IMG/VR virus record: IMGVR_UViG_3300023202_000247
Location: 186,001 to 250,000 of that record
Length of the DNA stretch: 64,000 nucleotides
Direction: 5' to 3' (one strand)
In this document: one piece after another, positions 19,571 through 28,074 of the stretch
Layout of the letters: the number at the start of each line of letters is the position of its first letter
Position numbering within the stretch: the first letter of the stretch is position 1
Notes under the pieces: generated by a model
The model's input: the letters and a program-made list of their open reading frames with translations, nothing else
Databases searched by the model: none
Told to the model about the DNA's origin: nothing
Translations under genes and position numbers: made by a program

Positions 19571-22500
19571 ATGACTTTGAAGCATGTAAAATTTCACCAA
19601 AGCGAAGTGATGCGCGAGTTGGAAAGACAAGCAACTCGTAAAGGCCACTTCGAACCATCTCCAAAAGAAACTGTTGATGCAGCTGCAAACAAAGCAGCGC
19701 AAAGCTTCATACCAACCAGAACTGGTAATTGGTATAATGATACGATGAACTTAGTTACCGCTCTTCGCAATGCTGGTTATGAAAAATCAGCTGCGGATAT
19801 CGAGGAGAAGGCTACGAACATGAAATTTGCCGAAGTTCATTTGTACAAGGCAATTGATGAAGATGGCGATGCTTTCATGGATTATGCTCATCCGGAAGGC
19901 GACACGGAGATAATTCCGGCTCAAGACGGGCGAGGAAAAGTTGAAAGAACAACCACAACTCATGACAAGATGCTGGATGTTTTGCACAAAAAGCCAACTG
20001 GAAAGCTTTCTGGAGAGGCTAATTTTGTTTTGAATCGTGAGGTCAAAGAAGCCGCTTTGGATGTTTTAAAAACGGCCCAAGATGTGGGTGTGATTGACAA
20101 GATTAAAAAAAAATTTGAATCTATTCAAAATATAATAAACAATGCTGGTAGTATCGTATCTGATATATCATTAAATTTTGGAAATATAATAAATAAAATA
20201 TTTCATGGTAATGCATCTGCCGTTGCATTGTATGTAAAGTATTCAGATGCTACGATGCAACAACTGCAAAATTTAATATACGCTTATAGATTCTTTTATT
20301 GGAATGGTTCCAAGTATGTAGTTAATACAAAGCAAGCAAACAGTGTAATTAGCTCACATGCTTTAAAGAATCAAAATGCATTGAGAGCAGCTTGCAAAGC
20401 TGTAGGTGTTGATGCTGATCCATATCTCAGAGCGCCTGATGGTTCAGGCTCGGTACCTCTCACATCTGCAAATAAGGCGGCAGAACTTGCTGGTAAGGTA
20501 TTGGCAGGTACCAATCATCTTTGGAACATGACATTTGGAGACTCTATTGTTAGAGAGGCAAATGAAAACTTGAAGAAAGTTTATAATGCTTTTGTTGCAG
20601 AGATGAAAACAAGTTTGCCAGTAACATCAGAGGGTATTTTTGATCGTGGTGAAATTAACTATTCTGTAGCTGTGAATAAACTAAGAAATGCAAGAAAATC
20701 ACTAGATTCAGTTTATGAACAGGGAAGCAATGCATCCAAGTTGTTTGAAATATACGAGGTATTTTCGGCGGATGAGGCGATGAATTTGCAAAAGATATTT
20801 ACCGATTTGAAGTCCAATATCGATGAAGCATTGAAGCTCATCGTAACTCAAAGCAAACAATATGGAAAAACATTCGAAGGTATCAACAGCTGGATATCTC
20901 AGGTTGCGCGTCTAAAGAAATTGTCTTTGGAGCAACGCGCAGCTTTGCCCGAAGGTTCCGAGGAACGCAAGGCAGCATATACCAACTATATAGCTGCAAA
21001 AAAAATGGAAAGCATTCTCAATGGTTTGAAAGGTAAGAGCTGGCTCGAGATTCGTTCTGTTTTGCAAGAGAACTATCAACTATATGAAACGCCAGAAGAC
21101 TTTCAAAAAGATATCGATTCCTTCAAGGCAAAGGTTTTGGGAAAAGGTGAGTCAGCAGAGGCTTCTGACGGACTTGCAACAGTTGCATCTTTGGTAAAAG
21201 CAGCCGGAGCATTTGGTGATCAGGCAAAAACTATAAAGCCTGTTTCAACAAAAACAGAACCAAAAGCAGCTCCAAAATCCACACCGGGGCAGTCGGTTCA
21301 ACGCAAAGGTCCGGTAGCAACATCTGCGGTTCCAGAAGAGGAGCAACGAGCGGTTGCACAAATGCAAAAGGTTCTCACCGAGATTTCAACTCAAATGACG
21401 CAAAATGCTGAAAACATCGCGCGTGATTTGGCACCGATGCATGACCAATCATTGCGCGGATTAACACCCGATCAGGTAAGACAGAGTGCTGCTGTAATTG
21501 GAGCAACCGGCAAGGGAACTGGTACACCTTTCGATGGTCTATGGGGTCCAAAAACTATTCGTGCTTTAGAAGAAGTAAATAGTTATGTCCAACGTGTAAA
21601 CAAATTGGAAGGTAAAAATTTACCAGCTGTGCTTCCCGGTAGCCATTATCGTCAAACAGACACCAGTAAAACGCTAGAAGATGCTGATGCGAATGTTACT
21701 GCTTTACTTGAATTTAGCAAAACAATGGGATTCAGTGTTACTGGTCCAGATGGTAGCAAGACTGAAATATCTGATTACGATCATATTCCGCAAACGTTGA
21801 CTCGCCAAAATGTTTTGGATACTGGTGATTTGACTGTTCGAAGTGTTGATGTTCAATCTTTGGAAGCATTTTATGCGTTTCTCGAGCACACCATCAATCG
21901 TACAGCAAACACAAATGCAGAGTTGGTATCCAAGGGACAGTATGGTGAAATTACTGATACTGATCAATCTGGAAAGAAAACAACTCATACCATTCGCACA
22001 ACACTTGATGATGAGCCAAAACAAGAGGGGTTTGGAACAGTTACTTGGAGACAGTTTAATGACTATCTAAAGTGGTTCGCTTATCGTGTAAACATGTTGT
22101 ATAGCAAAGCAAAGCGTGAAGGCGCTGATGCTGCTGATGTTCAAAGACTAACAGCATACAAAGATTCAATCGATGCTTTGAGTATCAAATGGTTGAAGCT
22201 CAAGCGTTGGCTCGAGCAAAACAGAGTTGATTTGGATAAATCATACGTTAGCTTTGAAGCTTTGAAAATTGTTGATACTCACCTTGGACGAAGCGGTCGC
22301 GGTCGTGAAGTTGGTGTAGGTAGAGGTAGAGGTAGAGGTAGAGGTAGAGGTAGAGGTAGAGGTAGAGGTAGAGGTAGAGGTGAAGGAGATATGGAGGGTT
22401 ACCAATATTATGATCCGGGTGTTGTCGGTGGAAGAAGCGGGCCGCTTTATGCTCCATTTTCAAATAATATGAATATGATTCAAATTGCTAAAGATTTTGG

Positions 22501-22849
22501 TTTGAATGACAGTGAAAAATTCTATGATAGAATGGCAAATCCGGTCATCAACTATGACTCGTTTGGTGGTCGGATTGATTCACTCATTAGAATGTATTTG
22601 CCAGAAGATTTGCTTGCACAAGTTGATGCAGGACAAAGAGACCCGCGTCAATTCTTGCTAAGCATGATCCGAAGATTGACTATTGATTTCAACAAAATAT
22701 ACAAAACTTGGATTCAAGAAGCTCAAACCAAGCTTCCGAAAGGTGAAAGGGTTAGCGCTTTGATGAAGAATCAAAGAGGTAACTATAATGCATGGCATCG
22801 TAGATTAGATTACTTGGAGAAGCGTATAAGGCGCAACATGGAGAGCTGA
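19571..22849 (+). CDS. large putative internal virion protein with a peptidoglycan-binding-like motif and an RG repeat
   Basis: DGLWGPKTIRAL resembles the PG_binding_1 consensus; (GR)10; multiple K-x-A sites. Confidence 0.6.
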   Translation: MTLKHVKFHQSEVMRELERQATRKGHFEPSPKETVDAAANKAAQSFIPTRTGNWYNDTMNLVTALRNAGYEKSAADIEEKATNMKFAEVHLYKAIDEDGDAFMDYAHPEGDTEIIPAQDGRGKVERTTTTHDKMLDVLHKKPTGKLSGEANFVLNREVKEAALDVLKTAQDVGVIDKIKKKFESIQNIINNAGSIVSDISLNFGNIINKIFHGNASAVALYVKYSDATMQQLQNLIYAYRFFYWNGSKYVVNTKQANSVISSHALKNQNALRAACKAVGVDADPYLRAPDGSGSVPLTSANKAAELAGKVLAGTNHLWNMTFGDSIVREANENLKKVYNAFVAEMKTSLPVTSEGIFDRGEINYSVAVNKLRNARKSLDSVYEQGSNASKLFEIYEVFSADEAMNLQKIFTDLKSNIDEALKLIVTQSKQYGKTFEGINSWISQVARLKKLSLEQRAALPEGSEERKAAYTNYIAAKKMESILNGLKGKSWLEIRSVLQENYQLYETPEDFQKDIDSFKAKVLGKGESAEASDGLATVASLVKAAGAFGDQAKTIKPVSTKTEPKAAPKSTPGQSVQRKGPVATSAVPEEEQRAVAQMQKVLTEISTQMTQNAENIARDLAPMHDQSLRGLTPDQVRQSAAVIGATGKGTGTPFDGLWGPKTIRALEEVNSYVQRVNKLEGKNLPAVLPGSHYRQTDTSKTLEDADANVTALLEFSKTMGFSVTGPDGSKTEISDYDHIPQTLTRQNVLDTGDLTVRSVDVQSLEAFYAFLEHTINRTANTNAELVSKGQYGEITDTDQSGKKTTHTIRTTLDDEPKQEGFGTVTWRQFNDYLKWFAYRVNMLYSKAKREGADAADVQRLTAYKDSIDALSIKWLKLKRWLEQNRVDLDKSYVSFEALKIVDTHLGRSGRGREVGVGRGRGRGRGRGRGRGRGRGRGEGDMEGYQYYDPGVVGGRSGPLYAPFSNNMNMIQIAKDFGLNDSEKFYDRMANPVINYDSFGGRIDSLIRMYLPEDLLAQVDAGQRDPRQFLLSMIRRLTIDFNKIYKTWIQEAQTKLPKGERVSALMKNQRGNYNAWHRRLDYLEKRIRRNMES
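22319..22381 (+). repeat. perfect (GGTAGA)10 microsatellite encoding (Gly-Arg)10
   Basis: Directly visible in the sequence. Confidence 0.95.
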
Positions 22850-24033
22850 TGAATGATGGTATTTTACAGTACTATTCAGATACGCTTCTAATAGAGAAGT
22901 GGGCAAATGTTGATGCGGCATTGGACATGCGCAAAAGCGCAGGTGTGCTTGATTCAATCGTATCAGGCGCAAAAGGTTTTATAGAAAACTTCGTTGTTGA
23001 TAGATTGGACAAAAGCTCTCCATTAGCTTTTGGTGAAAGTGTATTAAAGCTATTAGCTCCAAGTATTTTGTTTAGACTTTGGCCACCACTTGGTTTGTTG
23101 GAAACAGCAGGTCAAATGCTTTTTGGAATGAGCGTTGTCGATATAATCAAATCTATAGTTTCTGCACTTGCTCCTAAAATTAGCTCAAGTGAAATTATCA
23201 CACCAGAAGAGGTTAACCAAGCAGGTGTGCAGGCAGCGGGCGGTGATTTGCTCGTTAGTGCAAGTACAGATTTGTTGTATCCACTACGCGAATTGGAAAG
23301 AAACGACTCTATAGTTAAAGCGGCTCAAGCCGGCTCTAGAAGCTACAGAGGTTTTCTTGGAGGTAGAAGTCCAGCTGGCGGTGCATTTTTGCGCCCTCAA
23401 AAGGGAACCCCTGCTCTCTATCGAATGCTTGGTTTTTTGGGACCACGAAAAGGTAAAACATTAATTGTAGGTTTTATTGTATGGCTAATCAAAACTGTTC
23501 TAGCAAGTGCAGGTTTGCTCGCTGGTGGAAGCATCATTTCGGGATTGTTTGGCAAGGACAAAGAAAAAGAAACTGAACAAGAGGTTGTTGTTGAAAAATC
23601 AGAGAAAGAGCCGCGACCTTGGGCAGCACCATATCAACAAGATGGTCGTAAAGTATGGAACGTGTCTGAGACAACTCCGGCATCTTATCAAAGACCTGTT
23701 AGATTGCCAAGTGGTAGTTCGCATAATTTGAAACCAAGTGGTGCTGGTGAGAAATTCAACAAAAACGATAGCGCTACTATTTGGATTGTTCCACTGAAAG
23801 GTGGAGTGGAAAACACGGTGTTGAGCTGGGCAACTACTGTATATCCAGAGCTTCAGGGTCATGAAAATGCGATTAGACGCTCACCTTCATTCAATAGAAC
23901 TGTAAATATATTAGAGGGTCATACGGATCCACGCTCACCAAACTACTTATCGATGCCTTCAGGAGTAAACAAGATACGAGATGTTGTAGACTCTTTCGCC
24001 GGAGATGTTGCATCTAAAATTCCAAAAGGATAA
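22849..24033 (+). CDS. putative internal virion/ejection protein with hydrophobic helices
   Basis: Hydrophobic segment LIVGFIVWLIKTVLASAGLLAGGSIISGLFG; RKSA and VKAA motifs. Confidence 0.55.
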   Translation: MNDGILQYYSDTLLIEKWANVDAALDMRKSAGVLDSIVSGAKGFIENFVVDRLDKSSPLAFGESVLKLLAPSILFRLWPPLGLLETAGQMLFGMSVVDIIKSIVSALAPKISSSEIITPEEVNQAGVQAAGGDLLVSASTDLLYPLRELERNDSIVKAAQAGSRSYRGFLGGRSPAGGAFLRPQKGTPALYRMLGFLGPRKGKTLIVGFIVWLIKTVLASAGLLAGGSIISGLFGKDKEKETEQEVVVEKSEKEPRPWAAPYQQDGRKVWNVSETTPASYQRPVRLPSGSSHNLKPSGAGEKFNKNDSATIWIVPLKGGVENTVLSWATTVYPELQGHENAIRRSPSFNRTVNILEGHTDPRSPNYLSMPSGVNKIRDVVDSFAGDVASKIPKG

Positions 24034-24035
24034 AA

Positions 24036-25100
24036 ATGCCAATTATTGAATCAGAAGTATTTGAAGAATATTTAAAGCAATCGGAAAGTGAAGGTCTGGT
24101 AAAAAAGGCAGATTATTCTGAAGCACGCATAGGCTCTGACAATGATGATGTTATATCGCTACTCTATGGTATCAAACCAAACGATAAGGAAGATGACAAA
24201 AGTATTGTTGAAAAGGCTCATTCAGAAACAGCTGTTGTTGGTCCTGCTTATGATGCAATGAATGCAATTGTTGAAAATGTTCAACAGCGTCAAAACATGA
24301 TGGCTTATATTGCGCACAAAACTCCAAGTGGTGATTTGACGATGCGCAGATATGTAAAAGCAAAATCTGAGTTAATTGATTCTATCGTTAGAGCAGGTTT
24401 CGAGCTGGACAATGATAACAACGTTGATTTGATGAAATTCGCAGATCAATGTGTTGGAGACGTAACGAAGCAAGCAGCTTTCTGGATTCCAATTGCAGGA
24501 GCGGCTTTGGCGTTACTTGGCACTGTAGCATGGATAAATAACACAGATGATGTTGTTCAAAACATATACGCAAACTCTGAAAGAGTTATTAACGAGTTAG
24601 AGGATATACAAGAAGAATTTCCAAAGGTATCTTATATCATAAAAGATTTGCGTAATCTACAATCCAAATATGAAAAATATGTTCCGGCAAAACAGAATCT
24701 TTCCGTTTTAGCTTCTGGCGTTGGAAGTGCTGATGATTTAGTTGCAATTGCTGCTGAAGGCAAAGATAGCATTGCTGTTATAGAAGATTATGTGAATGAG
24801 CTTCAGAAAATCAAACCAAGACTAATCCGTTTTGCTTCGATGTTAAATAGCATGCCTCAAAAAGAATGGACGTATGATTGGTTGGCAAAATTAGACGAGG
24901 TTCGTAAGTATCTCGTTCCAGATGACTATAAAGATGTTATTTTGTCAATAAATGGTCTTGTGTCAACAATTGATGTTTCTTTGAAAAATGCTCAGCAGGC
25001 TATGAGTATAGCTTCTCGTTATTCTCATCAAATAAATGATGCTGCTAAAAATGTTGAAGAAGGTAATGTTGGTTCATTCGTAAATGAATATGAGGTTTGA
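24036..25100 (+). CDS. putative internal virion/ejection protein with one TM-like helix
   Basis: TKQA followed directly by AFWIPIAGAALALLGTVAWI; shares an N-terminal module with 19571. Confidence 0.55.
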   Translation: MPIIESEVFEEYLKQSESEGLVKKADYSEARIGSDNDDVISLLYGIKPNDKEDDKSIVEKAHSETAVVGPAYDAMNAIVENVQQRQNMMAYIAHKTPSGDLTMRRYVKAKSELIDSIVRAGFELDNDNNVDLMKFADQCVGDVTKQAAFWIPIAGAALALLGTVAWINNTDDVVQNIYANSERVINELEDIQEEFPKVSYIIKDLRNLQSKYEKYVPAKQNLSVLASGVGSADDLVAIAAEGKDSIAVIEDYVNELQKIKPRLIRFASMLNSMPQKEWTYDWLAKLDEVRKYLVPDDYKDVILSINGLVSTIDVSLKNAQQAMSIASRYSHQINDAAKNVEEGNVGSFVNEYEV

Positions 25101-25969
25101 TGCCTGATGCAAATACAAATAATGAACAACTCGTAAAATCTTGGCAGAATTATTTACGCCAAGCACCGTTCGGGGTTTCATATTCTGGAGGTACACCTGG
25201 GATATCAGATCAAAATCTGATAAACGCAATAAAAAATCTAGCAAACCGTGCAGGTCAAGTTACAGGTACATTTGTTATTAACAAGTTATTATCTGGTAAT
25301 AATATAGTTGGTGATCCATCAGTAATACAAGCAATTATAAAAGAGCATGGTGTTGGTCAGCCAAAAAAACCGAACGTTGAACAAACTGTTGTTGAGACTA
25401 ATCAACCAGTAACAACAGATGGTAAAGTATCTAATTTCAAACAATGGTTAACCAAATATGGTTTATACAAAGGTGATATTAACAATGAAACTGATAATAA
25501 GTTTGTAGAAGCCTTGCGTAAAATTGAGCGTTCAATCAGTAAATCATTGGAGACATTGGCAGATGTACCAGCAAATAGCGCGCATAATTTGATTTGGACT
25601 GGCAGTCAAATCAACCCGCGTACATCTCCAAATGATATTGAAAAGGCAATAAATCTAATAAAATCTTTCAAGGAATCACAAGCCAAAAAATCTGAAGGGC
25701 AGGTAAACAGTATCTGGCCTTCGGATGCCTGGGATCCGGAAGAGCCAGTGCCGATGTCGATGAAATTTGTTCCGACAAAGGATGATACGGGCATTCAATT
25801 CGAAAGTGCTGACTATGTAAACACACAGCAAATAGGTGAGATGCAACCCAAGATTCCTGCCGATATGAGTGCTCAAGTACCTGAAGAGGTACTCGAGGAA
25901 GAGAAAAAGAGTAAATTAGATGACAGAATTGTTGATTTAGCAAAGTTTTTTCAAAAATTCTTTCAATAG
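25100..25969 (+). CDS. putative protein with degenerate peptidoglycan-binding repeats
   Basis: VKSWQNYL..YSG and FKQWLTKYGLYKGDINN resemble PG-binding helices. Confidence 0.45.
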   Translation: MPDANTNNEQLVKSWQNYLRQAPFGVSYSGGTPGISDQNLINAIKNLANRAGQVTGTFVINKLLSGNNIVGDPSVIQAIIKEHGVGQPKKPNVEQTVVETNQPVTTDGKVSNFKQWLTKYGLYKGDINNETDNKFVEALRKIERSISKSLETLADVPANSAHNLIWTGSQINPRTSPNDIEKAINLIKSFKESQAKKSEGQVNSIWPSDAWDPEEPVPMSMKFVPTKDDTGIQFESADYVNTQQIGEMQPKIPADMSAQVPEEVLEEEKKSKLDDRIVDLAKFFQKFFQ

Positions 25970-26067
25970 AAATGCATAAATTTTGACATCGTGAATTACG
26001 ATGAAAGAAAGATAAGATGTAAGACAATAATTCACGTCAATAATTTAACGTGAGATTGGAATAAAAA

Positions 26068-26757
26068 ATGGCTTTACGTTTACAACAACCAGGCATTCAG
26101 CCTCTCGGACAATTTGATGGTTACGACGCCGATTACTTGAACGTTCTCGGTGGTGAGGTTGGTAGCTTTATTGGAGTCGATGTTAGCGGAACTGATATTG
26201 CTGCTGTTGATGCTGATGGTTCTGACGGTTACGTCGGATTGCCACCAGCTAACACTCGTCCAGCAATCACTGTTCAGTTGGCATCTGGAATGCGTCCGCT
26301 TGGCCTAATCGATGATGGTACTCTCCATTACGGAACCCTATTCGGTCAGGTTGTAGGTGGAGTTGCTGGAAAGGTAGTTACTGGCGGCGCAGTTCTCGGC
26401 CCACACACCGCGGCTGCTTCTGGCAAGCTAACTTTCTGGGACAAGCCAGGAACTTACGCTGTAACTTTGGATGCTGTCGACACCGATTCGGATGGTCTCG
26501 TACCAAGCAACGGTTCGTTGGCAGTTGGCGACGCTCTTTATGCAACCAGTGCGGGTCTATTGACTCCTGCTTCTGCAAAGAGCTTCGAGGCTGGTCCTGC
26601 TATAGTTGTTGCTCGATTCCTCGAGTTCACAACTGATCAGAGCTTGGTCACCACTCCAAATTACCTAGTTTCTGCTTTGAACTCCCCATCTGGTTCAGGT
26701 GCACAGCAGTTGAACTTCACACAAGCAATCATTCACTTCCACCCACCGGGTTCCTGA
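26068..26757 (+). CDS. head decoration (cement) protein
   Basis: Directly upstream of the major capsid; G/A/V-rich; codon bias of a highly expressed gene; VGDALYATSAGLLT motif. Confidence 0.7.
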   Translation: MALRLQQPGIQPLGQFDGYDADYLNVLGGEVGSFIGVDVSGTDIAAVDADGSDGYVGLPPANTRPAITVQLASGMRPLGLIDDGTLHYGTLFGQVVGGVAGKVVTGGAVLGPHTAAASGKLTFWDKPGTYAVTLDAVDTDSDGLVPSNGSLAVGDALYATSAGLLTPASAKSFEAGPAIVVARFLEFTTDQSLVTTPNYLVSALNSPSGSGAQQLNFTQAIIHFHPPGS

Positions 26758-26771
26758 TAGCTGAATGAAAA

Positions 26772-26805
26772 CGGGGCACCCGCCCAGGGTGCCCCATTTA
26801 TTTTT
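26772..26805 (+). terminator. terminator-like hairpin between the decoration and major capsid genes
   Basis: GGGGCACCC-GCCCA-GGGTGCCCC followed by ATTTATTTTT. Confidence 0.65.
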
Positions 26806-26908
26806 ACTTTAGATTTATATATTGCTCGTTTCGGCGAGATAATAATAAAACAAAATGGCTATTGATTTCAATCGGATAGTCTCACCCCAACAACAATACG
26901 GAGAATAA

Positions 26909-27922
26909 ATGAGTTTATTTACCCAATCAGGCGAGTCGAATGGAGTTAGCGTAAAGGACGCTCTCGACACTCTCGTCAAATATGCAGCAATTATTGAAGA
27001 GAATCAGCCGTCCAATGCGGCTCTCGCTGGTCGTCCAAGTTTGAACGACGACAAGCGTGATGAGTTGATTTCTCGCGCAATCCTAACTAACGAGGGTAAG
27101 GTTGCTCTTGCTCAGGCAATGGCCAACCCAATTCGTCGCAACCTTGATTACCAGGGTATTGCACGTCGTGCCCTAGTCGTTGATCCACTACCACAGGGTG
27201 CAACTCCAACATATGACCGTGATATCGACGTTGCGGCAGTTGTGGTTTCCAGCAATGGTGCTGGTCCTGAGAGCCGTGTGTTCGGCGACCGCGTGGTTGT
27301 TCCAACATTCGAGCTTTTGTCGAACCCAACCGTTCGTATCTCTGAGGTACGTCGTCGTAGGTTCAACGTAATTGACCGTGCCGTTCAGAAGGCGCGTCAA
27401 GAGATCATGGCGCAAGAGGACGCGAACATTTTCGCAGCTCTTGATAACGCTGGTACCGTCGAAAACACCGCACAGGATATTTCGGATGGTGGTCTGTTGA
27501 AGCGTGACCTTGTTGAAATCAAGGTCCAGATTGATCGCTGGGACCTTGTAACAACCAAGTTCTTCATGAACATCAATGAGTTTACTGATATCCTCAACTG
27601 GGGATCCGGCGGTGGTCAGGGACCAACCGGTGGTGAGGTAGACCCGGTTACTCAGCGTGAAATTCTACAGACTGGTTTGTACGCTCACATCTGGGGCGCG
27701 GACCTCATGGTCTCGAAGATCGTTCCACCTGGCACTGTTTACGGTTGTGCAGACCCAGAGTTTGTGGGTGTGATGCCGATTCGCCAGGACATTGAGGTTA
27801 TGCCTGCGGACGAGCCGAAACAGCTAAAACTAGGTTGGGTTGTTTCCGAGGAAATCGGAATCGGCATCGTCAACGCTCGCGGTGTTGCTCTTGGTCGCAA
27901 GAGCACCGTAGTTGGCGCGTAA
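26909..27922 (+). CDS. major capsid protein (HK97 fold)
   Basis: GGAG SD; LDYQGIARRALVVDPLPQG..YD, IMAQED, TGLYAHIWGADLMVSKIVPPGTVY; biased codon usage; followed by a terminator. Confidence 0.9.
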   Translation: MSLFTQSGESNGVSVKDALDTLVKYAAIIEENQPSNAALAGRPSLNDDKRDELISRAILTNEGKVALAQAMANPIRRNLDYQGIARRALVVDPLPQGATPTYDRDIDVAAVVVSSNGAGPESRVFGDRVVVPTFELLSNPTVRISEVRRRRFNVIDRAVQKARQEIMAQEDANIFAALDNAGTVENTAQDISDGGLLKRDLVEIKVQIDRWDLVTTKFFMNINEFTDILNWGSGGGQGPTGGEVDPVTQREILQTGLYAHIWGADLMVSKIVPPGTVYGCADPEFVGVMPIRQDIEVMPADEPKQLKLGWVVSEEIGIGIVNARGVALGRKSTVVGA

Positions 27923-27970
27923 TCTGAGTAAAAACGGCTAGTTAGACGGCTAGTTAGCAAAATTAGCTAG

Positions 27971-28010
27971 AAAAAGGGTCGGTGTTGAAACACCGACCCT
28001 TTTTCGTTTT
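27971..28010 (+). terminator. rho-independent terminator after the major capsid gene
   Basis: AAAAAGGGTCGGTGT-TGAA-ACACCGACCCTTTTT. Confidence 0.85.
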
Positions 28011-28074
28011 TCCACACACCCAAATGAACCCAAACAATTTGTCGAGTCATATTATATTATCATGTATATATTGT

